This document shows positions 27,530-37,123 of a stretch of DNA of 64,000 nucleotides, one piece after another; the stretch's first letter is position 1; the number at the start of each line of letters is the position of its first letter. The stretch spans positions 276,246 to 340,245 of the forward strand of contig JBMOPW010000007.1 in assembly GCA_049322915.1 (NCBI GenBank), in the 5' to 3' direction. This DNA comes from Candidatus Zhuqueibacterota bacterium. GTDB lineage: Bacteria; Zhuqueibacterota; Zhuqueibacteria; Thermofontimicrobiales; Thermofontimicrobiaceae. A program made the translations under genes and the position numbers. The notes under the pieces were generated by a model. It saw only the letters and a program-made list of their open reading frames with translations. It ran no database searches and was not told where the DNA came from.

Positions 27530-28171
27530 ATGGTAGTCATTGAATCCCAATACGCGCTATTCCAGGAAATCGATCATCTCAATACGAACTTCATTCCCGG
27601 AATACATAAAATGAGGCTGACGATTGATACCATATCGTCGGAGGATAATTACAGACGGGCTTATCCAGCCATTGTGAAACAGTTTGTCCACCTTTTCCCT
27701 AGACTGAAGCAACATTCCTGCTGCTATTCGAAAATCGGCCAGAGTGATCTGATTCATGGCGATTTGATTCCCATGATCAACGAAGGAAATTGTATCTTGG
27801 ATATCATCCATATTGTGGAACATGTCATTATTGATTTGCAGTGCTCGTTATCCGGAATGAAAATATGCAGTGGTATTACATGCAATTATAAAGAGCCGAG
27901 AACTCGCTACGATATTTTTGTAGAATGTATCGATCAAAAAGTGGGATTGAGCGCTGCGCTTACGGCAGTGGAAATGGTCCAAAAAATTCTGGCGTGCGAT
28001 TATTTGAAATACCCATTTGACGAATTCATTTCGGTCAATGACCTTCTGCGAGATCAGAGCCCGGAGCAGATTCAACTGAATTCCATCGTGGAAAGCTGTG
28101 AGCCATATATCTTTGATTTTGGTAAAGATTTAATCAGACGAGTGTTAAATTTCTCCATGTCTAAAAATTGA
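27530..28171 (+). CDS. Stand-alone cyanophycin synthetase N-terminal-like domain protein
   Basis: LFPRLKQHSC...HIVEHVIIDLQ..SGM...G.T....Y.I..E matches the CphA1 N-domain pattern LP.L.EH.C...GH..EHVALELQ..AG. Confidence 0.7.
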   Translation: MVVIESQYALFQEIDHLNTNFIPGIHKMRLTIDTISSEDNYRRAYPAIVKQFVHLFPRLKQHSCCYSKIGQSDLIHGDLIPMINEGNCILDIIHIVEHVIIDLQCSLSGMKICSGITCNYKEPRTRYDIFVECIDQKVGLSAALTAVEMVQKILACDYLKYPFDEFISVNDLLRDQSPEQIQLNSIVESCEPYIFDFGKDLIRRVLNFSMSKN

Positions 28172-28262
28172 CACAAATTTAATATTCAGCTACTGGTGTA
28201 AATAACAAAATTATCCACGCCATAATCTAATATTTTTCATACATAAAAGGTTAAAAAAAACC

Positions 28263-28291
28263 TTGACATACTTTTAAAATATGATTATATT
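28263..28291 (+). promoter_or_regulatory. Sigma70 promoter TTGACA-N17-TATATT
   Basis: Consensus -35, 17-bp spacer, 5/6 -10, about 60 bp before ATG 28354. Confidence 0.7.
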
Positions 28292-28353
28292 GGAAATATC
28301 TAAATTTGTAAAGAGTAAAAACCAGATCAGTTGCGATATTGAGAGAAGACTGT

Positions 28354-30420
28354 ATGAGTAATCCATTAGTTTTGGTGGCCGATGGAGACCCCAAAAACCT
28401 CCAGATTCTGAAAGAGAATCTTGAAGCGTCTGGATTCATTGTCATCACTGTTTCCACCGGAAATCGAGCCTGGGAAGAAATACAGCGCACTCCGCCTAAG
28501 CTTATCCTGAGTGAGTTGAATCTTCCTGGCATGACCGGCTATCAATTACTCGAACGGTTACAGGCCGATCCCAATACTGCATCCATTCCTTTGATTTTTT
28601 TAACCAACCAGCGTGAAATTCAGCAGCGAGTCCGCAGTTTCGAATTGGGCGCCAAGGACTATCTCGTAAAACCCCTCCATGTGAAAGAAGTGATCGCTCA
28701 CATCCGAATGGTGTTGCGCCGACTGGAACGCCGCAAGGTAGAACAATTAGAGACATACATGAAATTTTCCGGTCGTCTCGATCAGTTGAATCTCGCCGAT
28801 CTGATTGAGAGTTTCGGCGTGGAGCGAAAGACTGGTGTTTTGACGTTGAGTAATGGACGCCGGACAGGCCAGGTGTATTTCCGCGAAGGAACGGTTGTAA
28901 ACGCCAGCCTCGGTGATGTGAAACTGGAACAAGCTGTCTACCAAATGTTTTCCTGGAAACATGGATTTTTTAACATGGTTTTTCGCGATGTCGATGTGCC
29001 GGACGGCATCTCAATCAGCAACCTGGGCCTGCTGCTTCAAGGCATGAAGCGGATGGAAACCCGCGAAAATTTGATTGCTCAACTCTCTTCGCCGAAAACA
29101 GCTTTTATCATCACTCCGACATTTAAGAACATTGTCGAACGCAAGAAAGTCGGCGATGCAGTCTCCTCATTCATCCAATTGCTGGATGGTAAACGGGATG
29201 TGGAACAAATAATCGACGATAGCGGTGCAGATGACCTGGTGACGCTCAAGAGAATTATACGACTGTATCAACAGGGATTCATCAAAGCGACGATCCCGCC
29301 GGCGAAAAAAGAGGTGACGCAGCAGCAGCCCGTTATTGAGCCGAAGAAAATTGAGCCTCGAAAACCTGTCGAGACCGCTGAGGAGATACTGCGTCGAATG
29401 GAAAAACCTGTAGCGCCTGATGAGGCCACCCCGGCCATTCCGGACGACAACGTGTTTGAAGTCGCTCCTCGCAAAGAGCGTAAAAATTTAGAGGACGAGA
29501 TCAAGCCGATTGTGGAGCGAATTCAGGCGGAGCGCCGGGAAGTCTACATTCCAGAGACTGAAGAAGAATCAGAAGAACAGTTGATTCAGCAGGATGAGCC
29601 ACCGACAACCGGATACGCTCGGTTTGCAGAGGAAGACGTGCAGGACTCATTCCCTGTTTCCCATACAGAAGATGTTCATGCACCTGTAGCCGAAGTCGAA
29701 GAAGAAATTCTGGCCAAGGCTGAAAAGCAGGAAACGTTTGTCGATGAAGAATTGCTGCAACAGCCGATCGAGGAGAATATTGAGGCAGAGCCTGTTGTTA
29801 ATCTTCCAAAGAAAGAAAAAATCCCGGTTGCCATGTCAGATACCAGCCGAACGGTGGCTTCCCGAGCACCTACTGACAGGAATAATATCATGCTCATCAG
29901 CGTCGATGAGGATTGCAAAGATGAGTTGATGGATGTTCTCACCGGGAATAAATTCCAGTCGAAGTCCATCAAAGAGCTGGAAGATTTACGGCTGGAAATT
30001 GGCAAGATTAATTTTGAAAAATTCCCGGCCTATAATCTGATCGCTATTTCTTTGGATAAACAATTTAATATATTCCTGGAGTCGGTTAAAAACAGCATCA
30101 TTGGCAATGTTTTCACATTCGATTGCTCCCGTCAGGAAACCTGGGAATACACAAATTATCTGATCCATTCGATCTGGCATAAATTTAAAATTCCCTATGT
30201 GATTGCAGTCATCAATCTGCATGAGCACAATTCTATTTCCATGGACGTAATTCGGTATCAATTGAATCTCGATATGGATGTGGCGCTCATCGCATGGGAC
30301 CCTGTGGATAAATCCTCGATTCGGAAAGTGATGTCCACAGTGATAAAAGGCGACCTGCGAAAGGAACAAAATAAAACAGCAGTCATGTTGGATTCTTTGG
30401 TAGAAAAAATGATGATGTAA
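28354..30420 (+). CDS. REC-DUF4388 protein with acidic linker and C-terminal degenerate small-GTPase-like domain
   Basis: Receiver (VLVADGD, LILSE, GAKDYLVKP), DUF4388 (FSGRLDQLNLADLIE...KTGVL...GQVYFREG..V.A), E/P-rich linker, C-terminal alpha/beta domain resembling 31780-32277. Confidence 0.8.
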   Translation: MSNPLVLVADGDPKNLQILKENLEASGFIVITVSTGNRAWEEIQRTPPKLILSELNLPGMTGYQLLERLQADPNTASIPLIFLTNQREIQQRVRSFELGAKDYLVKPLHVKEVIAHIRMVLRRLERRKVEQLETYMKFSGRLDQLNLADLIESFGVERKTGVLTLSNGRRTGQVYFREGTVVNASLGDVKLEQAVYQMFSWKHGFFNMVFRDVDVPDGISISNLGLLLQGMKRMETRENLIAQLSSPKTAFIITPTFKNIVERKKVGDAVSSFIQLLDGKRDVEQIIDDSGADDLVTLKRIIRLYQQGFIKATIPPAKKEVTQQQPVIEPKKIEPRKPVETAEEILRRMEKPVAPDEATPAIPDDNVFEVAPRKERKNLEDEIKPIVERIQAERREVYIPETEEESEEQLIQQDEPPTTGYARFAEEDVQDSFPVSHTEDVHAPVAEVEEEILAKAEKQETFVDEELLQQPIEENIEAEPVVNLPKKEKIPVAMSDTSRTVASRAPTDRNNIMLISVDEDCKDELMDVLTGNKFQSKSIKELEDLRLEIGKINFEKFPAYNLIAISLDKQFNIFLESVKNSIIGNVFTFDCSRQETWEYTNYLIHSIWHKFKIPYVIAVINLHEHNSISMDVIRYQLNLDMDVALIAWDPVDKSSIRKVMSTVIKGDLRKEQNKTAVMLDSLVEKMMM

Positions 30421-30516
30421 TTGCAGCACCTGCTGGCATTGTCTCAGCAGTTAGAAACAGAGAGAGCGCCTTGCGATGCAATTTTCGAATCGCAAGGTTT
30501 TTTACTCAATCAGGTG

Positions 30517-31728
30517 ATGATGAAAAAGACGAGAAAAATTCTGATTGTTGATAGCGACACAAACTACATAATCCCTTTGCGCAACTCGCTATCAAAAGTC
30601 GGTTATGAGGTAGTCTGTTGGGATGACGGACAAAAGGCATTGGAACTGGCGAAGAGTTTTCAGGCGGATATGATTATTTCTGAAGTGGAATTGCCCAAAG
30701 TTTCTGGCCATGTATTATTCAAGGAGTTGCGATCAGTGCCGGCGTGCAAAACTACGCCTTTCATTTTTCTGAGTAGTCAGAAGCGCGTGGATGACCGCAT
30801 TAAAAGTATGGAATTGGGCGTGGACGATTATATCACCAAACCGTTTTACGTGGAAGAAGTGGTCGCTCGCGTCGAAGCCCTGTTCAAGGAAGTGTCGAAA
30901 TTGAATGACGGACACGGTCCATCCGAGAAAGGCTTTTCCGGAAATTTATCCGAAATGAATCTGGTCGATCTGATACAGACGCTGGAACTGGGCAAAAAAT
31001 CGGCAATTTTAAAATTGAAACATAATGCTGCTGTCGGTCTTGTGTATGTCAAAGACGGGGAAGTGATTGATGCATCCTTAGCTGACCTTTCACCGGACAT
31101 GGCGCTGCTGCGCATGTTCACCTGGACGATTGGCAATTTTTTAGTGGACATCGCACCTGTCGAACGCGAAAAACGGGTTCAAACCTCGAATAAGGAACTG
31201 GTCAATATGGGTTTGCGACGCATCAATGAATGGAATCAGATAAAAGAAGGGCTGCCCCCGATCAATTCAGCGGTGATGAAAACTCAGATTAACAGCTACG
31301 ATGAGCTCAGCAACGAAGAACGCGCCATGATTACCAATATCAATGAGAAGAAATTCATTTATGAGATCATCGAAAAGAGTGAATTAGACGATTTAAAGGC
31401 TCTGGAAGTGATGCGGAGCCTGTATCAAAAAGGATATTTGCAGGAGATAGAAGATAGCTCCGTCCCTTATATGGATGACTATGTGACCAAGCTAAAGCAG
31501 AACGTTTCAACCACTCGTTCGACCACAGAGCGCGTGCTTTCCATTGTATCCAACGTTTTCAAAAAGCAGGAGGAGGACAGAGAGGAACAGTTGGATCCGC
31601 AAAATGATAGAAGGCAAATTCCGGATCGCCGGAAAGGAGATCGCCGACGCTTTGATCGCCTGCGGGGAGCGAACCAGATTTATCTGACAAAAACTGAACT
31701 GTTGATGATTCGAGAGCGATTGTCCTGA
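30517..31728 (+). CDS. REC-DUF4388 protein with Arg/Asp-rich (DRR) tail
   Basis: Receiver (ILIVDSD, MIISE, GVDDYITKPF), DUF4388 (FSGNLSEMNLVDLIQTLE..KKS), tail DRRQIPDRRKGDRRRFDR. Start at ATG 30517 or 30520. Confidence 0.85.
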   Translation: MMKKTRKILIVDSDTNYIIPLRNSLSKVGYEVVCWDDGQKALELAKSFQADMIISEVELPKVSGHVLFKELRSVPACKTTPFIFLSSQKRVDDRIKSMELGVDDYITKPFYVEEVVARVEALFKEVSKLNDGHGPSEKGFSGNLSEMNLVDLIQTLELGKKSAILKLKHNAAVGLVYVKDGEVIDASLADLSPDMALLRMFTWTIGNFLVDIAPVEREKRVQTSNKELVNMGLRRINEWNQIKEGLPPINSAVMKTQINSYDELSNEERAMITNINEKKFIYEIIEKSELDDLKALEVMRSLYQKGYLQEIEDSSVPYMDDYVTKLKQNVSTTRSTTERVLSIVSNVFKKQEEDREEQLDPQNDRRQIPDRRKGDRRRFDRLRGANQIYLTKTELLMIRERLS

Positions 31729-31779
31729 TTGAAGAATGAAAGGTACACGAGTGAGTTGGATTGTTTCTGAAGCAGGGAG

Positions 31780-32277
31780 GTGTTGCTGGTGAGAATTGGT
31801 GAAGTGGCTGTTATCAGTCAAGATGGATATGAGAAAGAGACGTTTATCCGTTCCATCTGCGCAAAAATCGATATTAAAAATGAGACCATTAGTTTCGGCC
31901 GATTCGAAGTGAACGACCAGCTATCGCTTCATTTGTATGGTATCAGCGTGCAGAATGGCGAGAGCACAATGTCGTGGGACCTCATATCCCACAAAGCCCT
32001 GGGTTACATCATTATCTTCGACTGGGACAGACCTGATATGCTGGAGGCAACGAACAATGTCTTAGATTATTTTGCCACCAACTCTGATGTGCCCATCATT
32101 GTCGTTGCCAATATCAGGACAAAAAAAGAACCACCAATTCCAAAAAAGTTTTTTCATCAAAATGGAATTCAGCTTTCTGCAAACGCCCGATTCACCTTCG
32201 GCCATGTGGATGATGCACAGAGCGCCAAAAAGATCCTGAAACTACTCGTGAATATGCTCATCGACAGACTCTCGTAA
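31780..32277 (+). CDS. MglA/CvnD (ATP_bind_1)-like small GTPase homolog with degenerate P-loop
   Basis: SFGRFEVNDQLSLHLYG...WDLISHKALGYIIIFD...PIIVVAN parallels the conservon GTPase pattern DFGRI.L.....LYLFGTPGQ..F..MWD....GALG.VVLVD. RBS GGGAGG. Confidence 0.7.
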   Translation: MLLVRIGEVAVISQDGYEKETFIRSICAKIDIKNETISFGRFEVNDQLSLHLYGISVQNGESTMSWDLISHKALGYIIIFDWDRPDMLEATNNVLDYFATNSDVPIIVVANIRTKKEPPIPKKFFHQNGIQLSANARFTFGHVDDAQSAKKILKLLVNMLIDRLS

Positions 32278-32436
32278 CGTGCATCAATCCTGTATTTTTC
32301 AACACGATGATTTTTGAACAGGTCATCCGCTGCAACATACTTGCAGTGAAAATATATGTGTGAAGGAATTGGAAACGCATTTTGGAGTGCAGGTTTTGAA
32401 TTCTGATGATGATTGAAATGTAGGAGTCGAAAGCCA

Positions 32437-32832
32437 ATGATTACCGAGACGAGCGCGGGTTTGAAACTCAGCGACAGGGTGAAAATTTTATACCATTTAT
32501 TTCATAATGAAAAAATCAGTAAATTGATCGATGATCTGGACAACCGCGACGTTGTGGCGTTCCAGAAATATGTCTGGGAAAAGACTGTTGAATTCGGTAT
32601 CGTGTGCCGCGGAAAACATTTCGATCGCAAGGAAGTAACCCGCAACATGACTCCAACGCCCAATTATCAACGCCAGCAAGGTTGTTCTGAACGAATTTAC
32701 TATTGCAAAGGTACGCATTGCATTCACTCCAATCCGAATTGTGCGCGCAAAAAAATCAAAGAGCATGTGGATGTCATGTCCAATGCGATCAAGGAATACA
32801 TCCTCATTGAGCGTCAAAGGGAGTTAAAATAA
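32437..32832 (+). CDS. Hypothetical protein with a Cys cluster
   Basis: ORF in operon orientation; GCSERIYYCKGTHCIHSNPNC. Confidence 0.6.
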   Translation: MITETSAGLKLSDRVKILYHLFHNEKISKLIDDLDNRDVVAFQKYVWEKTVEFGIVCRGKHFDRKEVTRNMTPTPNYQRQQGCSERIYYCKGTHCIHSNPNCARKKIKEHVDVMSNAIKEYILIERQRELK

Positions 32833-32839
32833 CTGTGCA

Positions 32840-33751
32840 ATGCTGAAGAAAACGCGTGCGGTACTGCCATTCCTGATCCTCCTGTTCACCCCCATTTTTT
32901 CATACACTCAACGCATTGATTGGCGCGTCAAATCGGTGGTCCCGTTTTATGTCTACTTCCAGGAAAATGACCAGGCCAATGCTGATTTTGTCCTGAAAAC
33001 CTGCGTCAGCGCTCAGCAGAAGTTAGCCGCTGAGTTACAGACTCAACTCGACGATTCCATCACCATTTTTTTATCGCCATCGCAGCAAATATTCCAACAA
33101 ATGGTCGGCCAGCATATCCCGAAGTGGAGCAATGGTCTGGCTGCGCCTTTTTTCAATGTGATTGTTTTGAAGTCGCCCTCCTGGCTTTCCCCTGAAAATG
33201 ATATTCGCGCAATCATTGTTCACGAGTTGACCCATCTATTCGTCAACAAAGCAGCCGGTAGTCAACCGGTGCCGCGTTGGCTGAACGAAGGCCTGGCGAT
33301 TTATTATTCCGGCGAAAAAGCCTATGCCTCCGGTTCTCAGGTTTCGAAGGCGCTGTTGACGGGATCGCTCGTCGAGCTCAGCGACATCGACGATGTGCTT
33401 GAATTCCATCAGGAAAAAGCGCAGTTGGCGTACCAGCAGAGCTATCTGGCGGTTGTTTATTTGATCGGTCAGTATCAACTGCCTGCCGTGATGCGCATCC
33501 TCTCCGAAATCTCTTCAGGTAAAACCGGCAACGATGCCTTTCTGACCGCCATCGGAATAGACCTCTGGGATTTTGAGGACGATTGGGTCGAGTATGTCCG
33601 GAGCAAATTTCGGTGGAATTTTTTAATCGACTTCGATACTTATTTCTGGATTTTGTTATTATTATTGTTTATATTAGTCCTCGTTTTTATCAGGCGGAGA
33701 AATAGAAAAACTCTTCAACGGTGGGAATCGGAAGACTCGGATCTGGAATGA
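32840..33751 (+). CDS. Peptidase MA-like (gluzincin) metallopeptidase with C-terminal membrane anchor
   Basis: Signal peptide, HELTH...PRWLNEGLA, AYQQS, C-terminal TM plus RRRNRK. Confidence 0.85.
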   Translation: MLKKTRAVLPFLILLFTPIFSYTQRIDWRVKSVVPFYVYFQENDQANADFVLKTCVSAQQKLAAELQTQLDDSITIFLSPSQQIFQQMVGQHIPKWSNGLAAPFFNVIVLKSPSWLSPENDIRAIIVHELTHLFVNKAAGSQPVPRWLNEGLAIYYSGEKAYASGSQVSKALLTGSLVELSDIDDVLEFHQEKAQLAYQQSYLAVVYLIGQYQLPAVMRILSEISSGKTGNDAFLTAIGIDLWDFEDDWVEYVRSKFRWNFLIDFDTYFWILLLLLFILVLVFIRRRNRKTLQRWESEDSDLE

Positions 33752-34665
33752 GGCAATCGTTAAAATATCGCGTCGAATACCTTCTCTCAAAATCGCTGGC
33801 GTTTTTTGGCAAGATAATACCGCACCCCCTGGCTCTCTTAATGGGAAAAGGGATCGGCGACCTTTTCTATTTTGTCATCGGAATTAGAAAACGTGTCGCA
33901 CTGGAAAATATGAACCGCGCGTTTCAGTCCAAAAGGACAGAGCAAGAAATACGGCATATTCTTCGGAACCACTATCAGCATATGGGCAAGGTGCTCATGG
34001 AATTTGCCTGCATTCCCAAATTGAATCGGGAGAACATTGCCGAAACCGTCGCAATTCACAATGCCGAAATATTGACCGACGCAAATGCCCGGGGCCACGG
34101 CGCCATTGTGCTTTCTGCTCATTTCGGGAACTGGGAGTATCTGGCAATGAGTCTGGCTAATTTGCCGACTCCGTTTTACGCTGTGTTCATGGAGCAGAAA
34201 AATTTAGCAGTCGATCAAATCATCAAAGAATATCGGATGAAGACAGGACTTCGTCCGCTGAAAGTGGGGGGAGCCGCTCGCGGCGTGATCATGGCGCTGC
34301 GGGAGGGCAGCAATGTGTTGACGCTGCTGGACCAGGATGGCGGCTGGGATGGCAAATTTGTAAAATTTTTTGGCGCGCCGGCTTCTACTTCGACAGGTCC
34401 CATTTCCATAGCACTTCGCTACAAGGCGCCCATCCTGTTAGCCATGAGCGCGCGGGAGAAGGATAACAGGATTCACATCTATCTCGAAAAAATTTTAGAA
34501 ATAGGCGCCCTGCCTGACTCGGATGAAAGCGTTGAATGGGTACTCCATCAGTACCATGCAAAGCTCGAACACTACATCGACCGCTACCCGGAACAATGGT
34601 TCTGGATGCACCGCCGCTGGAAAACGCCGCCGCCTGAATCCCGTCACGCACGCACCAGGGAATAG
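33748..34665 (+). CDS. lpxL: Lipid A late acyltransferase (LpxL/HtrB family)
   Basis: AHFGNWE, LLDQD, FFG.PA, PEQWFWMHRRWK. Confidence 0.88.
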   Translation: MRQSLKYRVEYLLSKSLAFFGKIIPHPLALLMGKGIGDLFYFVIGIRKRVALENMNRAFQSKRTEQEIRHILRNHYQHMGKVLMEFACIPKLNRENIAETVAIHNAEILTDANARGHGAIVLSAHFGNWEYLAMSLANLPTPFYAVFMEQKNLAVDQIIKEYRMKTGLRPLKVGGAARGVIMALREGSNVLTLLDQDGGWDGKFVKFFGAPASTSTGPISIALRYKAPILLAMSAREKDNRIHIYLEKILEIGALPDSDESVEWVLHQYHAKLEHYIDRYPEQWFWMHRRWKTPPPESRHARTRE

Positions 34666-34705
34666 GTGTGATTTTCCCGCCTGTTCGTTATTGAGTGTAT
34701 ACCGC

Positions 34706-35764
34706 ATGAAAAAAATTCTGATCGTACATACTGCATTTATTGGCGATATCATTTTAGCGACGCCGCTCATTGAAGCTGTCAAAGATCGCTTCGCGGATGC
34801 GCAGATCGATTTTGTGGCGATCCCGGCCACGGCCAATCTGCTGGAGACGAATCCCTTTTTGCGGGAAGTGATTGTCTACGACAAAAAAAATCGGGATAAG
34901 GGATTTCGGCGCGCCGCTCAACTGGCGCAACGTCTGCGACGCACAGCCTACGACCTGGCAATTGTGCCGCATCGGTCGTTGCGCAGCGCTTTGATCGTGT
35001 TCAGCGCCGGCATCCGGAAACGAATTGGCTTCGACAGGAGCGCCGGAGCGTTTTTGTTCACCGAGCGGGTTCGTTACAACAGGGACGCGCACGAGGTGGA
35101 GCGGAATCTGGCTTTGGTCGGATTGAGTGAATCTGAAATCAAAAAATATTCGCCGCGAATTTTTCTGGATGAATCGGACAAGGCCGGTGTTGATCTGTTC
35201 CTTGAGAAATTTGCATTGGCCGGGAAAAGCGCATTTGTGGCGATGGCGCCGGGTTCGGTCTGGCTAACAAAGCGCTGGACTGAAGACGGTTTTGCCGACG
35301 TCATTCACAAGCTCGTCGAATCGGAAGATTCGCTGCGCGTCATTTTGATCGGCGGGAAACAGGATGGCGAAGTGTGTCGGCGGCTGACCGACAGATTTCC
35401 CGACCACGTCATCAATACTGCCGGTCAATTCAGCTTGCGACAGTCGGCCTATCTCATATCACGCTGCCGGGCGCTGATCTGCAATGACAGCGGCCCCATG
35501 CATCTGGGCGTTGCTGTCGGGACCAGAGTGATTGCCATTTTTGGTCCAACCGTGCCGGCGTTTGGATTCGCACCCTACGGCGACGGGCATATTGTGGTGG
35601 AGCATCCTGGACTGTATTGCCGACCCTGTCATATTCACGGGCCGAGCAAATGCCCGGAAAAACATTTTCGATGTATGAAAGAAATCTCCGGCGACGATGT
35701 ATTGCGCGCAGTCCGCGCTGCGACTGGCCCTGTTGCCACGAACTCGCTGGATAGCAGCCGATGA
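34706..35764 (+). CDS. waaF: LPS heptosyltransferase II (GT9)
   Basis: TAFIGDIILATP, APGSVWLTKRW, NDSGPMHL, AIFGPT, CRPC..HG...C. Confidence 0.85.
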   Translation: MKKILIVHTAFIGDIILATPLIEAVKDRFADAQIDFVAIPATANLLETNPFLREVIVYDKKNRDKGFRRAAQLAQRLRRTAYDLAIVPHRSLRSALIVFSAGIRKRIGFDRSAGAFLFTERVRYNRDAHEVERNLALVGLSESEIKKYSPRIFLDESDKAGVDLFLEKFALAGKSAFVAMAPGSVWLTKRWTEDGFADVIHKLVESEDSLRVILIGGKQDGEVCRRLTDRFPDHVINTAGQFSLRQSAYLISRCRALICNDSGPMHLGVAVGTRVIAIFGPTVPAFGFAPYGDGHIVVEHPGLYCRPCHIHGPSKCPEKHFRCMKEISGDDVLRAVRAATGPVATNSLDSSR

Positions 35765-35942
35765 GCGACTGTGCCCGGCGCCCGCGCTTTCGATGCGCAT
35801 TGCGACAGCGCAGAGAGTCGCTCGAAATTCCGGACGATAGCAGATGCGCTCTGAATGAATCAATGGCTCTGGCCGTACAGTCTCGAGCGGCAGTACCCCG
35901 GCTGTCGTTGTTCACGTTCATTTGTCCGAGGCGGAGCGAACC

Positions 35943-36581
35943 ATGATGATGCTGAAAATCAATCCGGTTCATCCTGAATCCGAACGAATTCACCGCGCGG
36001 CTGAAATTATTATGAGCGGCGGCGTAATTGGCTACCCCACGGAAACGGTGTACGGACTGGGCGCTAACGCCTTCCTGCCCGACGCAGTTGAGAGAATCTT
36101 CACGCTCAAACAGCGCGTTGCCTCTCAGGCCATTCTGTTGATTGCAGCCGATCTGGATCAGGTGGCGCAACTCGTGTCGGAAATACCGAATGTTGCACTG
36201 AGGTTGGCCGAGTCTTTCTGGCCCGGGCCGCTCACGCTCATATTCAATGCCGGGCCAAAAGTCATCCCTGAATTGACCGGCGCATCCGGCACGGTGGGCG
36301 TGCGCATTCCGGGCAATGCCATTTGTCTTGAGCTATTGAAGGCAACCGGCATTCCCATCACATCCACCAGCGCCAATATTTCAGGGCAACAAAATCCAAT
36401 TTCGGCGGAGGAAGTGTTAAAGTATTTTGGCGAAAGGCTCGATTTAATAATTGACGGTGGAAAGACCCCGTCGCGCGTTCCTTCGACCGTGCTGTCGCTC
36501 GTGGACAGCAGGCCTGTGCTGATTCGCGAGGGCGCGATTCAGAAATCTGACATCGAAAAAATCATAGGGATCAAATTTTGA
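35943..36581 (+). CDS. tsaC: L-threonylcarbamoyladenylate synthase (TsaC/Sua5)
   Basis: YPTETVYGLG, FWPGPLT, VGVRIP, TSTSANISG, PSTV. Confidence 0.95.
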   Translation: MMMLKINPVHPESERIHRAAEIIMSGGVIGYPTETVYGLGANAFLPDAVERIFTLKQRVASQAILLIAADLDQVAQLVSEIPNVALRLAESFWPGPLTLIFNAGPKVIPELTGASGTVGVRIPGNAICLELLKATGIPITSTSANISGQQNPISAEEVLKYFGERLDLIIDGGKTPSRVPSTVLSLVDSRPVLIREGAIQKSDIEKIIGIKF

Positions 36582-37099
36582 AGACTCCAAAGATGAATGA
36601 ACCGGAAAATTACACCATCCTGTTTGTCTGCTCCGGAAATAGCTGCCGAAGTCCCATTGCCGAAGGGCTGCTGAAGAAGAAATTGTATCCGGACTATGGC
36701 AGTCAACTGAAGGTGAAATCGGCTGGTACGCTGGGAATAAACGGGAATCCGGCCACATTGCACGCCATCGCAGTGGCCAAAGAGAACGGCGTGGATATTT
36801 CCAGCCATGTCTCGCGGGGAGTGACAGAGCAATTGCTGGCCGAAGCGGATCTGGTGATTGTCATGGCCGAACACCACAAAGAATATCTGGATCGCCACTT
36901 TCCCCGGTACCAGGAAAATGTTTTTCTGCTCAAATTATTTGGCCTCAAAGGAGATAAGCCTGAAAAGATCAATATCAAAGATCCCATCGGCGAAAACCTG
37001 TCATTCTATCGACGCGTTCTCAGCGACATCGATCGCGAGCTGGATCGAGCCATTCCTCAGATAAAATTATTCATTGATGACAAAATCAAGAAAAATTAA
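36578..37099 (+). CDS. Low-molecular-weight protein Tyr/Arg phosphatase
   Basis: LFVCSGNSCRSPIAE, SAG, ADLVIVM, IKDPIG. Confidence 0.9.
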   Translation: MKTPKMNEPENYTILFVCSGNSCRSPIAEGLLKKKLYPDYGSQLKVKSAGTLGINGNPATLHAIAVAKENGVDISSHVSRGVTEQLLAEADLVIVMAEHHKEYLDRHFPRYQENVFLLKLFGLKGDKPEKINIKDPIGENLSFYRRVLSDIDRELDRAIPQIKLFIDDKIKKN

Positions 37100-37123
37100 C
37101 CGCTGTAACCTTGCAAGGGAACT

